64,000 nt of DNA, taken from contig JAJXYF010000010.1 in assembly GCA_021780755.1 (NCBI GenBank), positions 173,238 to 237,237 of the forward strand, given 5' to 3'. The position numbers and the translations under genes are program-made. Shown in pieces: positions 10,637-20,032 of this stretch. Positions within the stretch are counted from its first letter, which is position 1; the number at the start of each line of letters is the position of its first letter. The stretch comes from Deltaproteobacteria bacterium (lineage in GTDB: Bacteria; Desulfobacterota; Binatia; Binatales; Binataceae). The notes below the pieces were generated by a model that ran no database searches, was not told the DNA's origin, and saw nothing but the letters and a program-made list of their open reading frames with translations.

Positions 10637-11911
10637 TCAGGTGCCGGTTTCCCAGCTCGTCAGATACTTCTTCTGCTCCGCCGAGAGCACGTCGATTTTG
10701 ATGCCCATCGCGGCGAGCTTCAGGCTCGCGACTTCGTCGTCGATCGCCTGCGGTACGTTGTGCACCGCTATCGGCAGCGGATCGATGGTCGCGGTCCAGC
10801 GCGCGGCGAGCGCCTGCGTCGCAAAGCTCATATCCATCACCTGCGCGGGATGACCCTCGGCGCACGCCAGATTGACCAGCCGGCCCTGGCCCAGAATGTA
10901 CAGCGTGTGCCCGTTGCCGAGCAGGTACCCGTCGACGTGATTGGTGACGTTGCGATTGATCTGCTTGGCCGAGTCGTTGAGATAGGCGATGTCGATCTCG
11001 ACGTCGAAATGGCCCGAGTTGCACAGGATCGCGCCGTCCTTCATCAGGCTGAAATGCGACGGGTTGAGCACCGAGCGGTCGCCGGTCGCAGTGATGAAGA
11101 TGTCGCCCACCTTCGCCGCCTCGACCATCGGCATCACGCGCAGCCCGTCCATCGCGGCTTCCAGCGCGCGCACCGGATCGACTTCGGTCACGATGACGTC
11201 GGCGCCGAGGCCGCGCGCGCGCGACGCGATGCCGCGTCCGCACCAGCCGTAGCCCGCGACCACCACAATCGAGCCCGCGATCAGCACGCCGGTCGCGCGG
11301 ATGACGCCGTCCATGGTGGACTGCCCGGTGCCGTAGCGGTTATCGAACAGATGCTTGGTCTGGGCGTCGTTGACCGCGACCACCGGAATCTTGAGCGCGC
11401 CGTCCTGGGACATCGCGCGCAAGCGGATCACGCCGGTGGTGGTCTCCTCCATGCTCGCGCGGACTTCGGTCGCCTGCGCGAGGAACTCGGTATGCAGCAT
11501 GCTGACGAGGTCGGCGCCGTCGTCCATCGTGATCGTCGGATGGCGCTGAATCACCGCACGCAGATGGCTGTAATAGGTGTCGCGATCCTCGTCGTGAATC
11601 GCATACGCCGGGATGTCGTACTCGGCCACCAGCGCCGCAGCCACGTCGTCCTGGGTCGAGAGCGGATTGCTCGCGCAGCAGAAGACCTCCGCGCCGCCGG
11701 CCTTGAGCGCGCGCAGCAGATTGGCGGTTTCGCAGGTGATGTGCAGGCACGCGCCGAGGCGCTGCCCCTTGAGCGGCAGTTCCTTGGCGAAGCGTTCGCG
11801 GATGATCCGCAGCACGGGCATCTGCCGGTCGGCCCATTCGATTCGTTTGCGGCCATTCTCGGCCAGCGCGAGGTCGCGAACGTCGTGCCCGTTGCCCTTG
11901 GACTTGGGCAT
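10637..11911 (-). CDS. ahcY: adenosylhomocysteinase
   Basis: 424 aa with unmistakable AhcY sequence throughout, including the NAD-binding GYGWCGRG motif. Confidence 0.95.
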   Translation of the reverse strand: MPKSKGNGHDVRDLALAENGRKRIEWADRQMPVLRIIRERFAKELPLKGQRLGACLHITCETANLLRALKAGGAEVFCCASNPLSTQDDVAAALVAEYDIPAYAIHDEDRDTYYSHLRAVIQRHPTITMDDGADLVSMLHTEFLAQATEVRASMEETTTGVIRLRAMSQDGALKIPVVAVNDAQTKHLFDNRYGTGQSTMDGVIRATGVLIAGSIVVVAGYGWCGRGIASRARGLGADVIVTEVDPVRALEAAMDGLRVMPMVEAAKVGDIFITATGDRSVLNPSHFSLMKDGAILCNSGHFDVEIDIAYLNDSAKQINRNVTNHVDGYLLGNGHTLYILGQGRLVNLACAEGHPAQVMDMSFATQALAARWTATIDPLPIAVHNVPQAIDDEVASLKLAAMGIKIDVLSAEQKKYLTSWETGT

Positions 11912-12057
11912 AAGAATCCTCCTGGTGACGATAATCCTGTGTCAGTGACGAACATCCCGAACCGACAATTTTCCGCCGCGAATTGCGCGGCAGGGCTAGC
12001 CCACCTAATCGGGGGCCGGTCGGGTATTTATTCTAATCCAAGCCCCGCGTGGATCAC

Positions 12058-13245
12058 TCAGCGGCCGCCGCCCACTCCAAACGCACTTTGCAGCGCGTTA
12101 ATCATATCGACGCTCTCCCACGGGAAGAGGCCGTGACTCGCCGGACGCCCGAAATGTCCGTAGGCGGCCGTCTCCTGGTAGATCGGCCGCTTGAGATCGA
12201 GCGTCTTGATAATCCCGGCCGGGCGGAAATCGAAAAGCTCGCGCAGCGTTGACGAGAGCTTATGGTCGGGGACGACGCCGGTGTCGAAGGTGTCGATCAG
12301 GATCGAGACCGGCTCGGCGACGCCGATCGCGTAGGCGACCTGGATTTCACATTTTGCCGCGAGTCCCGCGGCGACGACATTCTTGGCCACGTGGCGCGCC
12401 ATGTAGCAAGCCGAGCGATCGACCTTGCTCGGGTCCTTGCCCGAGAACGCGCCGCCGCCATGACGGCCATAACCGCCGTAGGTGTCAACGATAATCTTGC
12501 GGCCGGTCAGTCCGCAGTCGCCATGTGGCCCGCCCACGACGAAACTGCCGGTCGGGTTGACATGGATAATCGTTGATTTGTCGAGGTACTGCTCGGGAAT
12601 GGTCTTTTTAATCAGCTCCTCGATAATCGCCTCGCGGATCGTCGCGTAACCGACGGCGGGGCTGTGCTGAGTCGAGATGACCACCGTGTTGACGCCGACC
12701 GGACGCCCATTGACGTAGCGCACGGTCACCTGGCTCTTGCCGTCAGGGCGCAGGAAGTCGAGCTTCTTTTCCTTGCGCAGGCGCGTCAGGTTTTCCATCA
12801 GGCGATGGGCCAGCGCGATCGGCAGCGGCATCAGCTCGGGCGTTTCGTCGCAGGCGAAGCCGAACATCAGACCCTGGTCGCCGGCGCCTTGCTCCTTGAA
12901 CAGGCCCTGGCCCTCGGTGACGCCCTGCGAAATGTCGGGCGATTGCGGCTCGATCGCCGTCAGTACGGCGCACATATTGCCGTTGAAGCCGACCTCGTCG
13001 TTGTCGTAGCCGATATCGGTCGCGGTCTTGCGCGCGATCTTGATGAAGTCAGGGCTGTGTTTCGAGGTAATCTCGCCCGCGAGCACGATCAGGCCGGTCT
13101 TCACCAAGGTCTCCAAGGCGACGCGCGAATGGGGATCCTCGGCGATCAACGCGTCGAGGACGGCGTCGGAAATCTGATCGCACATCTTGTCCGGATGGCC
13201 TTCGGAGACTGACTCCGAAGTAAACAGGAAATCTTTTATCGGCAT
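12058..13245 (-). CDS. metK: S-adenosylmethionine synthetase
   Basis: 395 aa. N-terminus [14 protein letters not shown] and the GGGAFSGKD motif. Confidence 0.95.
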   Translation of the reverse strand: MPIKDFLFTSESVSEGHPDKMCDQISDAVLDALIAEDPHSRVALETLVKTGLIVLAGEITSKHSPDFIKIARKTATDIGYDNDEVGFNGNMCAVLTAIEPQSPDISQGVTEGQGLFKEQGAGDQGLMFGFACDETPELMPLPIALAHRLMENLTRLRKEKKLDFLRPDGKSQVTVRYVNGRPVGVNTVVISTQHSPAVGYATIREAIIEELIKKTIPEQYLDKSTIIHVNPTGSFVVGGPHGDCGLTGRKIIVDTYGGYGRHGGGAFSGKDPSKVDRSACYMARHVAKNVVAAGLAAKCEIQVAYAIGVAEPVSILIDTFDTGVVPDHKLSSTLRELFDFRPAGIIKTLDLKRPIYQETAAYGHFGRPASHGLFPWESVDMINALQSAFGVGGGR

Positions 13246-13593
13246 GAACGGCGGCTCCTTGGAAATACGGCTTAATGCGTCGCGCCCCGACGAAACATCG
13301 CCCCGGCGCAGTGCGGTGAACTGTGAATCAAACGATATCGCGATTCGCTGGACGGTCGGTGCGCGGAGCAGTCTTGGGGCAAAGTTTCGGTTCGTCCCTA
13401 ATCGATCGCGGCTGAAATACGGATCGCACGGCTAAAGTATCGATCGCTCTGATATAACTAACCGTAATACTCTGGTCAAGATTACACTAGCCGACCTCGC
13501 CAGCCGAACTCACCAGTCAAGGCTGCGCAACCAGCAACCGGATCCGCGCGGTGCGTTAAGATTCCTGATGGCGGTTCTGCGAGTCACTATAAT

Positions 13594-13872
13594 TTATTCT
13601 TCATTAAAACGCTGTTCGAATAGTTCCTTGATGGCGCTCAGGGCGGCTTGCGCGTCCGGCCCTTCGACCTTGACCTTGAGTCGGGTGCCCTGGCCGGCGC
13701 CGAGCATGATCAAATTGGTGACGCTGCGGGCATTGACCGCATGCTTGCCGCTGCCCAGCGTTACGGTCGAGTTAAACTTCTTGACGGTGTCGGCAAGTGT
13801 CGAGGCGGCGCGCAGATGAAGTCCGAGGCGGTTCTTGATTTCGAGCGTGGCTTCCAGTGCATTCACAGCCAC
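13594..13872 (-). CDS. ptsH: phosphocarrier protein HPr
   Basis: HPr-like sequence with active-site His in GLHLRAAS and the regulatory Ser region. The GTG start at 13872 gives ~92 aa; the ORF track's upstream ATG at 13938 is the alternative. Confidence 0.6.
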   Translation of the reverse strand: MAVNALEATLEIKNRLGLHLRAASTLADTVKKFNSTVTLGSGKHAVNARSVTNLIMLGAGQGTRLKVKVEGPDAQAALSAIKELFEQRFNEE

Positions 13873-13987
13873 AACGATAAATGGAAGCGGGCGACGGGTA
13901 AACTTGCGGCGGGTGTGAGCCGCCACATCCTTCCACACTCCGAATCAACGCGGAAAGTAAGCGCCGGCGGCAAAGCTTTGATGGCGG

Positions 13988-15028
13988 CTATGTGCCATTG
14001 CGACCGGCACGCGGCTCGGCGGGTTCGTCTTCGCCGATCAGTCCGGCCGTGAAAAGTTCGCGCAGGCGCGGCTCGACGAGGTTGTCGCGCGTGCTGCCTT
14101 CGCGCAGGCGCCATGCTTTGAGTGGAATCACCGCCTTGGCCATATTGCGATGGCCGCCAGCGCTGCCGATATCGCCGAACAAACGCTTGACGGTATCGCC
14201 CGCGTTTCCGCGGCCGATGCCATGATTGCGCACCGCGATCACCAGGTTGGGGCCGAGCTTGCCGGCGACCGCGACCCATTCGACGCCCTCGAACTGCAGG
14301 CAGAAGTCGGCCATCTGCACGATCAGGTCGTCGCGTTCGACCGGCCCGAGATGCAGCGCAATGAGGCCGTCGCGCAGAACCAGCCGGCCCATCGCACGCG
14401 ACAGGATACGGGCGAAGCTCACCGGCAACTCGGGGCGATCGATCTGGCGCAGCAGATTGTAGTTGGCGAGCGGATAGAGATGGGTGAAGGCCTCGATATC
14501 GTTTTCCGTTACCCGCCGCGATAGCGCGAGCGTATCGCTGCGGATACCGTAGAGCAGGGCGGTCGCGATCCGTTCGCTGATGCGCTCGTCGGCCCCGATG
14601 AAGTACTCAGTCATAATCGTCGCGGTGGCTCCGTAGTCGACCCGCACGTCCTCGAACGGCGCCAAGCCGGCTTCGTAGCCCGGATGGTGGTCGATGACGA
14701 TATCGGCGCGGGGAATACGATCGCCGAAGTAGGGCGGCTCCACGTCAACCATCGCGATGCGTTGGAATTCCCGCAGTTCCTCGGTCGCGGCCGGCGCGAT
14801 TTCAATCTCCAGCAGATGCATCATGGTGCGGTTTTCGGGCCGCGTGACCGGCTTGAAGGCAAAGATCGGAGTGGTCAACTTGTTGCGTCCGAGCAGCGCG
14901 CGCAAGGCGATCGCGCTCGACATCGCGTCCGGGTCGGGGTCATCCTGAAGCACGATCGCGACGCGATCGCCCTCGTCAACCAACGCTCGGAGTTCGCGGA
15001 TTTTTTGCCTGGTGAAGGTTTGATCCAT
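13988..15028 (-). CDS. DHH-family phosphoesterase (NrnA-like oligoribonuclease / pAp phosphatase)
   Basis: DHH motif (IVIDHHP) and DHHA1 C-terminal region (GGGH). Start set at the internal Met MDQTF; Met MSEQV at 15079 is the alternative. The upstream 200 codons of the ORF are compositional read-through. Confidence 0.72.
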   Translation of the reverse strand: MDQTFTRQKIRELRALVDEGDRVAIVLQDDPDPDAMSSAIALRALLGRNKLTTPIFAFKPVTRPENRTMMHLLEIEIAPAATEELREFQRIAMVDVEPPYFGDRIPRADIVIDHHPGYEAGLAPFEDVRVDYGATATIMTEYFIGADERISERIATALLYGIRSDTLALSRRVTENDIEAFTHLYPLANYNLLRQIDRPELPVSFARILSRAMGRLVLRDGLIALHLGPVERDDLIVQMADFCLQFEGVEWVAVAGKLGPNLVIAVRNHGIGRGNAGDTVKRLFGDIGSAGGHRNMAKAVIPLKAWRLREGSTRDNLVEPRLRELFTAGLIGEDEPAEPRAGRNGT

Positions 15029-15269
15029 AGAATCAGCCCGCGCGGCGAGATGTTTCCACCCGCGGACTTGCTCTGACATTGCCGCTAGCGGCGGCGGCCC
15101 CGTACTTCTAAAGTAGGGCTGGCAGGACGGCGCGACGGGTGGGATGCCCGAACGCTCGGCTTTGCTCCATTGGATCGGCTTTAACATAGCGTCGGAAGTC
15201 GAAGCAATCCGGGGGTAGTCAGCCGAGGCAGACCGGCGCGGGCGCGCAAGACCGACCTCTGATGAACGA

Positions 15270-15485
15270 ATGATGAACGAAGAAAAATGCGAAATCTGCC
15301 GCCGGCCAACCACCGAATGGCTGCTCCGGATGACGGTCGAGGACCGCGCGGGCTTCGCCGAGACCGCATATATTTGCGCCAATTGCGGGATTAAGCTGCG
15401 CTTGGCCTCGGAAAAGACCCGCGACCTGCAAATCGACCCATGGGTCCGTGAGGCGGTCGCGCGCGTACTCAAGGGCAAGGAATAG
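15270..15485 (+). CDS. small zinc-ribbon protein (71 aa; CxxC...CxxC)
   Basis: High GC3, two Cys pairs (CEIC, CANC). Ends 8 bp before lysK. Confidence 0.4.
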   Translation: MMNEEKCEICRRPTTEWLLRMTVEDRAGFAETAYICANCGIKLRLASEKTRDLQIDPWVREAVARVLKGKE

Positions 15486-15492
15486 GAACCGC

Positions 15493-17088
15493 ATGGCATC
15501 GGCCCCGCAAAACTCGAACGAACTCGACCTCTGGCCTTACGAGGAGGCGCGCCGCCTGGCCGAGCGCGTCGGCGGCTATGAGCCCGCGCGCCCGGCGGTG
15601 TTCCAGAGCGGCTTCGGTCCATCAGGACTGCCGCATCTCGGAACGATGGGCGAGGTTTTGCGGCCGGCCTACGTACGCCATGCCTTTGGACTGCTATCGC
15701 CCGCGCGGCCCCAGCGCTTCGTGGTCTTTATCGACGACATGGACGGCCTGCGCAAGGTCCCCGAGAACATTCCGAATCGCGAGGCCTTCGCGCCTCATCT
15801 GGGCAAGCCGGTCTCGCGTATCCCCGACCCGTTTGGCGACTGCCACGACAGTTTCGCCTCGCACATGGTCTCGCTGCTGGGATCGTTCCTGGCCCCGGTC
15901 GAGGTTGAGTATGAACTGATGCGCTCGAGCGACGTGTACGGCAACGGGGCATTCGACGAGGCCCTCAAACTGGTGCTCGCGAAACATCAGGAGATCATTC
16001 GCATCGTCGCGCCTACGCTGCGCGAGGAAAATCGGGCCGGATGGTCGCCGGTGATGCCGCTGTGCCCGGCTTGCGGGCAGGTGAACTCGACGCTGGTGAC
16101 CGCGTACCATCCGGAGCGCGGCGCGGTCGAATTCTCCTGCGAGCGCAGTTTCGGCGGCGCCCACGGATGCGGCTTTCGCGGCGAGCAGAACATCCTGGGC
16201 GGGCGCGCCAAGGTGCAATGGAAGGTCGATTGGGCGCTGCGCTGGTACGTGCTCAAGGTCGATTACGAACTCTACGGCAAAGACCTCATCGACTCGGCGC
16301 GGCTCTCGGGCCAGATCGTAAAGCTGCTCGGCGGGCGGTCGCCGCTCGGCTTCGCCTTCGAGATGTATCTGGACGAAGAGGGCCACAAGGTCTCGAAGTC
16401 GGTCGGACGCGGGGTGGGCGTCGAACAGTGGCGGCGCTACGCGCCGATCGAGGTGCTCAAGTATTTTCTCATGCTGAATCCGCGCCGCGCGCGCAAATTG
16501 TTCCTCGAGGCGATTCCGCAATACGTCGATGAATACCTCGACGCGCTACGCGAATGGAGCACGGCCGAACCGGCGGCGCGCCGCAATTCGCCGCTCGAGT
16601 TCGTGCTGCAGCGCGACAGCGCGCGATGCTTCAATTCGTCCGTCACCTTCAGCCTGATTATGAACCTGGTGCCGGCGCTGGGCACGGCCGACCGCGACCT
16701 TATCTGGAATTATCTGGTCAATTACGATTCCGGAATTGCCGGCGACGCCCAGACCGAGGCGCTCGCACGCAACCTGATGGAATGCGCGCTGAACTTTTAT
16801 CGCGACTTTATCGAGCCGGCCAAGCAGCCCTATGCCCCGAGCGAGAGCGAACGCGCACAACTGCTAACGCTCGCAAGCTGGCTCGAGGCGAATAGCGGCG
16901 CGGCGGCCGAAGAGATCGAAAAGGCGATCTACGATATCGGTCGCGCCAATTACGACAAGCCCGGCAAGATCTTCCCGGTGATCTATCGCATGCTGATGGG
17001 ACAGGAGCGCGGCCCCCGCCTAGGCGCGTTCATCCGCCTGGCCACGCCGGGAAAGATCGCGCAAGCGCTGCAAACGTCGCTCGCCTGA
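15493..17088 (+). CDS. lysK: class I lysyl-tRNA synthetase (LysK type)
   Basis: Class I aaRS HIGH motif as HLG and KMSKS as KVSKS. Overall LysRS class I architecture. Internal Met MASAPQ with an AGGAAC RBS. Confidence 0.82.
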   Translation: MASAPQNSNELDLWPYEEARRLAERVGGYEPARPAVFQSGFGPSGLPHLGTMGEVLRPAYVRHAFGLLSPARPQRFVVFIDDMDGLRKVPENIPNREAFAPHLGKPVSRIPDPFGDCHDSFASHMVSLLGSFLAPVEVEYELMRSSDVYGNGAFDEALKLVLAKHQEIIRIVAPTLREENRAGWSPVMPLCPACGQVNSTLVTAYHPERGAVEFSCERSFGGAHGCGFRGEQNILGGRAKVQWKVDWALRWYVLKVDYELYGKDLIDSARLSGQIVKLLGGRSPLGFAFEMYLDEEGHKVSKSVGRGVGVEQWRRYAPIEVLKYFLMLNPRRARKLFLEAIPQYVDEYLDALREWSTAEPAARRNSPLEFVLQRDSARCFNSSVTFSLIMNLVPALGTADRDLIWNYLVNYDSGIAGDAQTEALARNLMECALNFYRDFIEPAKQPYAPSESERAQLLTLASWLEANSGAAAEEIEKAIYDIGRANYDKPGKIFPVIYRMLMGQERGPRLGAFIRLATPGKIAQALQTSLA

Positions 17089-17093
17089 GCGCT

Positions 17094-18242
17094 TCAGACG
17101 AATTCGGCGAAGATCGAATCGGCGAGTTCGAGGCCGCGCTCGCTCAGGCGGACGCGCCCGTCTTCACGCAGCAGCAGGCCGGCGTCGAAGAGGCTCACGG
17201 TCCGCGCCCCGAAGTGTGTGTCGAAGCTGACGCCGAACCGCAGCTCGAAATCCGATAGATCGAAACCTTCGCGCAAGCGCAGATTAAGAAAGACGAATTC
17301 CCCGGCCGCAATCTCCGCATCGACGGTTTCCGCACCCGCCTCCGCGAGACCGCCGGCGAGCGCCGCGGCGCTGTAGCGCGCGGGCATCCGCTCGTTCCAC
17401 CATCGCCGTCCGCCGGCGCCGTCGCGCGCGAAGCTGTGGGCGCCCGCACCGATACCTAGATAGCTCTGGCCGCGCCAGTAAGTCAGATTGTGGCGCGCTT
17501 CGTGGCCGGACTGCGCGTAATTCGAGATCTCGTACATCGGATAGCCGCGGCGCGGAAGTTCGTCGCGCACCAGCGCGTACATGGCGGCCTGATCGTCGTT
17601 GGGCAGCGGCATGATGCGTCCGCGCTTCATCTCGGTGAAGAACGCGGTGCCCTCCTCGAAGGTCAGGTTGTAGGCCGAGATATGGTCGGGACCGAGCGCG
17701 ATCGCCTCGGCGATATCGCCGCGCACGTCGTCGCCGGTCTGCCCGGGAACGGCGAAAATAAGGTCGAGGTTGAGGCGCTCGAAGCCCGCGCGACGGGCCT
17801 CGCGGGCCGCCTCACGAGTTTGGTCGGCGCTATGGATACGGCCGAGAAATTTCAGAATTACGGGATTGAACGACTGTGCGCCGAAGCTGATTCGGTTGAC
17901 GCCCGCCGCACGCATCCCGACCAGCTTGGAGAAATCGACCGTTCCCGGATTGCCCTCGAGCGTGATTTCGATGTCCGGCTCGAAGCCGAACCGGCGCTGC
18001 GCTGAATCAAGGATGCGGCCAATCGATCGCGGATCGAACAGCGATGGCGTGCCGCCGCCAAAGAAGATCGTGCGCAACGGATTGCCGTGCCACGTCGGTT
18101 CGGCCGCCCGCCGCTCCATCTCGGCGATCAGCGCGCGGACGTATTCATCCTCCGGCCACACCGCCGCCGCATGCGAATTGAAATCGCAGTACGGGCATTT
18201 CGAGTGGCACCACGGAATATGGATATAGAGCGAGAAACTCAT
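17094..18242 (-). CDS. hemW: radical SAM heme chaperone HemW / coproporphyrinogen III oxidase-like
   Basis: N-terminal CxxxCxxC radical-SAM motif (CHSKCPYC). HemN/HemW-like body. 382 aa. Confidence 0.85.
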   Translation of the reverse strand: MSFSLYIHIPWCHSKCPYCDFNSHAAAVWPEDEYVRALIAEMERRAAEPTWHGNPLRTIFFGGGTPSLFDPRSIGRILDSAQRRFGFEPDIEITLEGNPGTVDFSKLVGMRAAGVNRISFGAQSFNPVILKFLGRIHSADQTREAAREARRAGFERLNLDLIFAVPGQTGDDVRGDIAEAIALGPDHISAYNLTFEEGTAFFTEMKRGRIMPLPNDDQAAMYALVRDELPRRGYPMYEISNYAQSGHEARHNLTYWRGQSYLGIGAGAHSFARDGAGGRRWWNERMPARYSAAALAGGLAEAGAETVDAEIAAGEFVFLNLRLREGFDLSDFELRFGVSFDTHFGARTVSLFDAGLLLREDGRVRLSERGLELADSIFAEFV

Positions 18243-18310
18243 CGGACGGCTCAGGCAACCTGGCTAATATATCACGTCGGGCCGATCGCGCGTGCCATGC
18301 GCCGCAGGGT

Positions 18311-20032
18311 GTGGCTATAACACCCGCGGGCGTGCGGCTATACTTGCCGCGAATTTACAGAGGGGACCTTTCCAAAGTCGCTACCTATCACGAAGAGCCG
18401 CCGGTCGCGCCCGAGCCCGCGCCTGCCGCGCCGCCGGGCCGGCAGTCGGGCGCGGTTCGCTACAGCTCGAATCTTGCGGGGCTGGTGGCGGCAGGTATCC
18501 TGCTCAGCCGCATCGCGGGCCTGATCCGCGAAAGTATCTTCGCCCATTATCTTGGCAACTCCGCGGCGGCCGACGCCTTCAAGGCCGGCTTTCGCATTCC
18601 GAACATCCTGCAAAATCTGTTCGGCGAGGGCGTCCTGTCGGCCTCATTCATCCCGGTCTATAGCCGGCTGCTGGGCGAGGGCGACGAGGAGAGCGCGGAC
18701 CTGCTGGCGTGGGCGGTCGGCGCGATGCTCGCGCTGGCGATTGCGCTCTTCGTGATGCTGGGCGTGTTCGCCGCCCCGTATCTGATCGACGTAATCGCGC
18801 CGGGCTTCCATGGCGACAAGCGCGACCTGACGATCCGCCTCGTGCGGATTCTTTTTCCGGGCGCGGGCTTGCTGGTGATGTCGGCGTGGTGCCTGGGCGT
18901 GCTCAACAGCCATCATCGGTTTTTCGCGTCATATGCGGCGCCGGTCGCGTGGAACGTGGTGATGATCGGGGCATTGATCTGGTATGGGCCGCGCAGCACG
19001 CAGGACCGGCTCGCGATCCACCTCGCCTTCGCGTCGGTGGCTGGCGCGGCGCTGCAAATCGTCGTGCAATTGCCGCAGACGCTGCCGCTGCTCGGACGCC
19101 TGCGGTTGCATTTCGATCGCGTGCGCGACGCCTTGCGCACGGTCTTTCGCAACCTGTTGCCGGTGATCGTCGGACGCGGCGTTGGGCAGGTCAGCGGCTA
19201 CGTTGACAACCTGCTCGCGAGCCTGCTGCCGACCGGCGCGGTCGCGGCGATCAACTACGCGCAGATTCTCTACTTCCTGCCGGTCAGCCTCTTTGGCCTC
19301 TCGGTCGCGGCGGCGGAGCTGCCCTCGATGTCGCGCGCAACCGTCGCCACCAACGCCAGCGTCTATGAGGCGTTGCGCGCGCGGCTCAATGCGGGCCTGC
19401 GTCAGATCGCGTTTTTGGTGGTGCCGTCCTCAGTCGCATTCCTGCTCATCGGCGACGCGATCGTCACCCTGCTGTTCCAATCGGGCGCCTTCACCCATCG
19501 CGATGCTATTTACGTGTGGGCGACGGTCGCCGGCGTGTCGGTCGGGATGCTCGCGGGGACGACCGCGCGGCTCTATATTTCGGCCTTTTATGCGCTCTCC
19601 AATCCGCGCACACCGTTTCGCTTCGCGCTGGTGCGCGTCACGCTGACGCTGGTGCTGGGATATCTCTGCGCGATTCCGCTGCCGCATCTGATCGGTCTCG
19701 ATCAACGCTGGGGCGTCGTTGGCCTCACGGCGTCGGCTGGTGTTGCCGCGTGGGTCGAGTTCGTGATGTTGCGTCTGAGTCTCAACCGGCTGCTCGGATG
19801 GACCGGGATCGAGCGTCGCTATCTGATGCGGCTGTGGGCGATGGCGCTGACGGCCGCGGTTGCCGGTAACGCCCTGAAATATTCGTTACCGCATCGCGAG
19901 CCGCGGCTCGCGGCGCTCGCGGTGATCGTCGTTTATGGCGCGACCTACCTGGGACTGGCGTATGTGACCAACGAGCCGGAGCTCAAGCGTTTTGTCGATT
20001 ACGCGATGCGGCGTCTGCGGCGCCGCGGCTAG
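18311..20032 (+). CDS. murJ: lipid II flippase MurJ (MviN)
   Basis: 14-TM protein with MurJ N-terminal signatures (RIAGLIRESIFAHYLG..ADAF). The exact start is uncertain. Confidence 0.8.
   Translation: MAITPAGVRLYLPRIYRGDLSKVATYHEEPPVAPEPAPAAPPGRQSGAVRYSSNLAGLVAAGILLSRIAGLIRESIFAHYLGNSAAADAFKAGFRIPNILQNLFGEGVLSASFIPVYSRLLGEGDEESADLLAWAVGAMLALAIALFVMLGVFAAPYLIDVIAPGFHGDKRDLTIRLVRILFPGAGLLVMSAWCLGVLNSHHRFFASYAAPVAWNVVMIGALIWYGPRSTQDRLAIHLAFASVAGAALQIVVQLPQTLPLLGRLRLHFDRVRDALRTVFRNLLPVIVGRGVGQVSGYVDNLLASLLPTGAVAAINYAQILYFLPVSLFGLSVAAAELPSMSRATVATNASVYEALRARLNAGLRQIAFLVVPSSVAFLLIGDAIVTLLFQSGAFTHRDAIYVWATVAGVSVGMLAGTTARLYISAFYALSNPRTPFRFALVRVTLTLVLGYLCAIPLPHLIGLDQRWGVVGLTASAGVAAWVEFVMLRLSLNRLLGWTGIERRYLMRLWAMALTAAVAGNALKYSLPHREPRLAALAVIVVYGATYLGLAYVTNEPELKRFVDYAMRRLRRRG

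Noticed and set aside
10514-12136. 540-aa + strand ORF
   Set aside because: It lies antisense to ahcY, which is unambiguous and highly conserved. Long open antisense frames are expected at ~67% GC, and the translation is Arg/Ala-rich low complexity.
13246-13593. SAM-I / SAM-II riboswitch upstream of metK
   Set aside because: I could not find the conserved SAM-I or SAM-II core sequences by eye. Only a long leader is reported.
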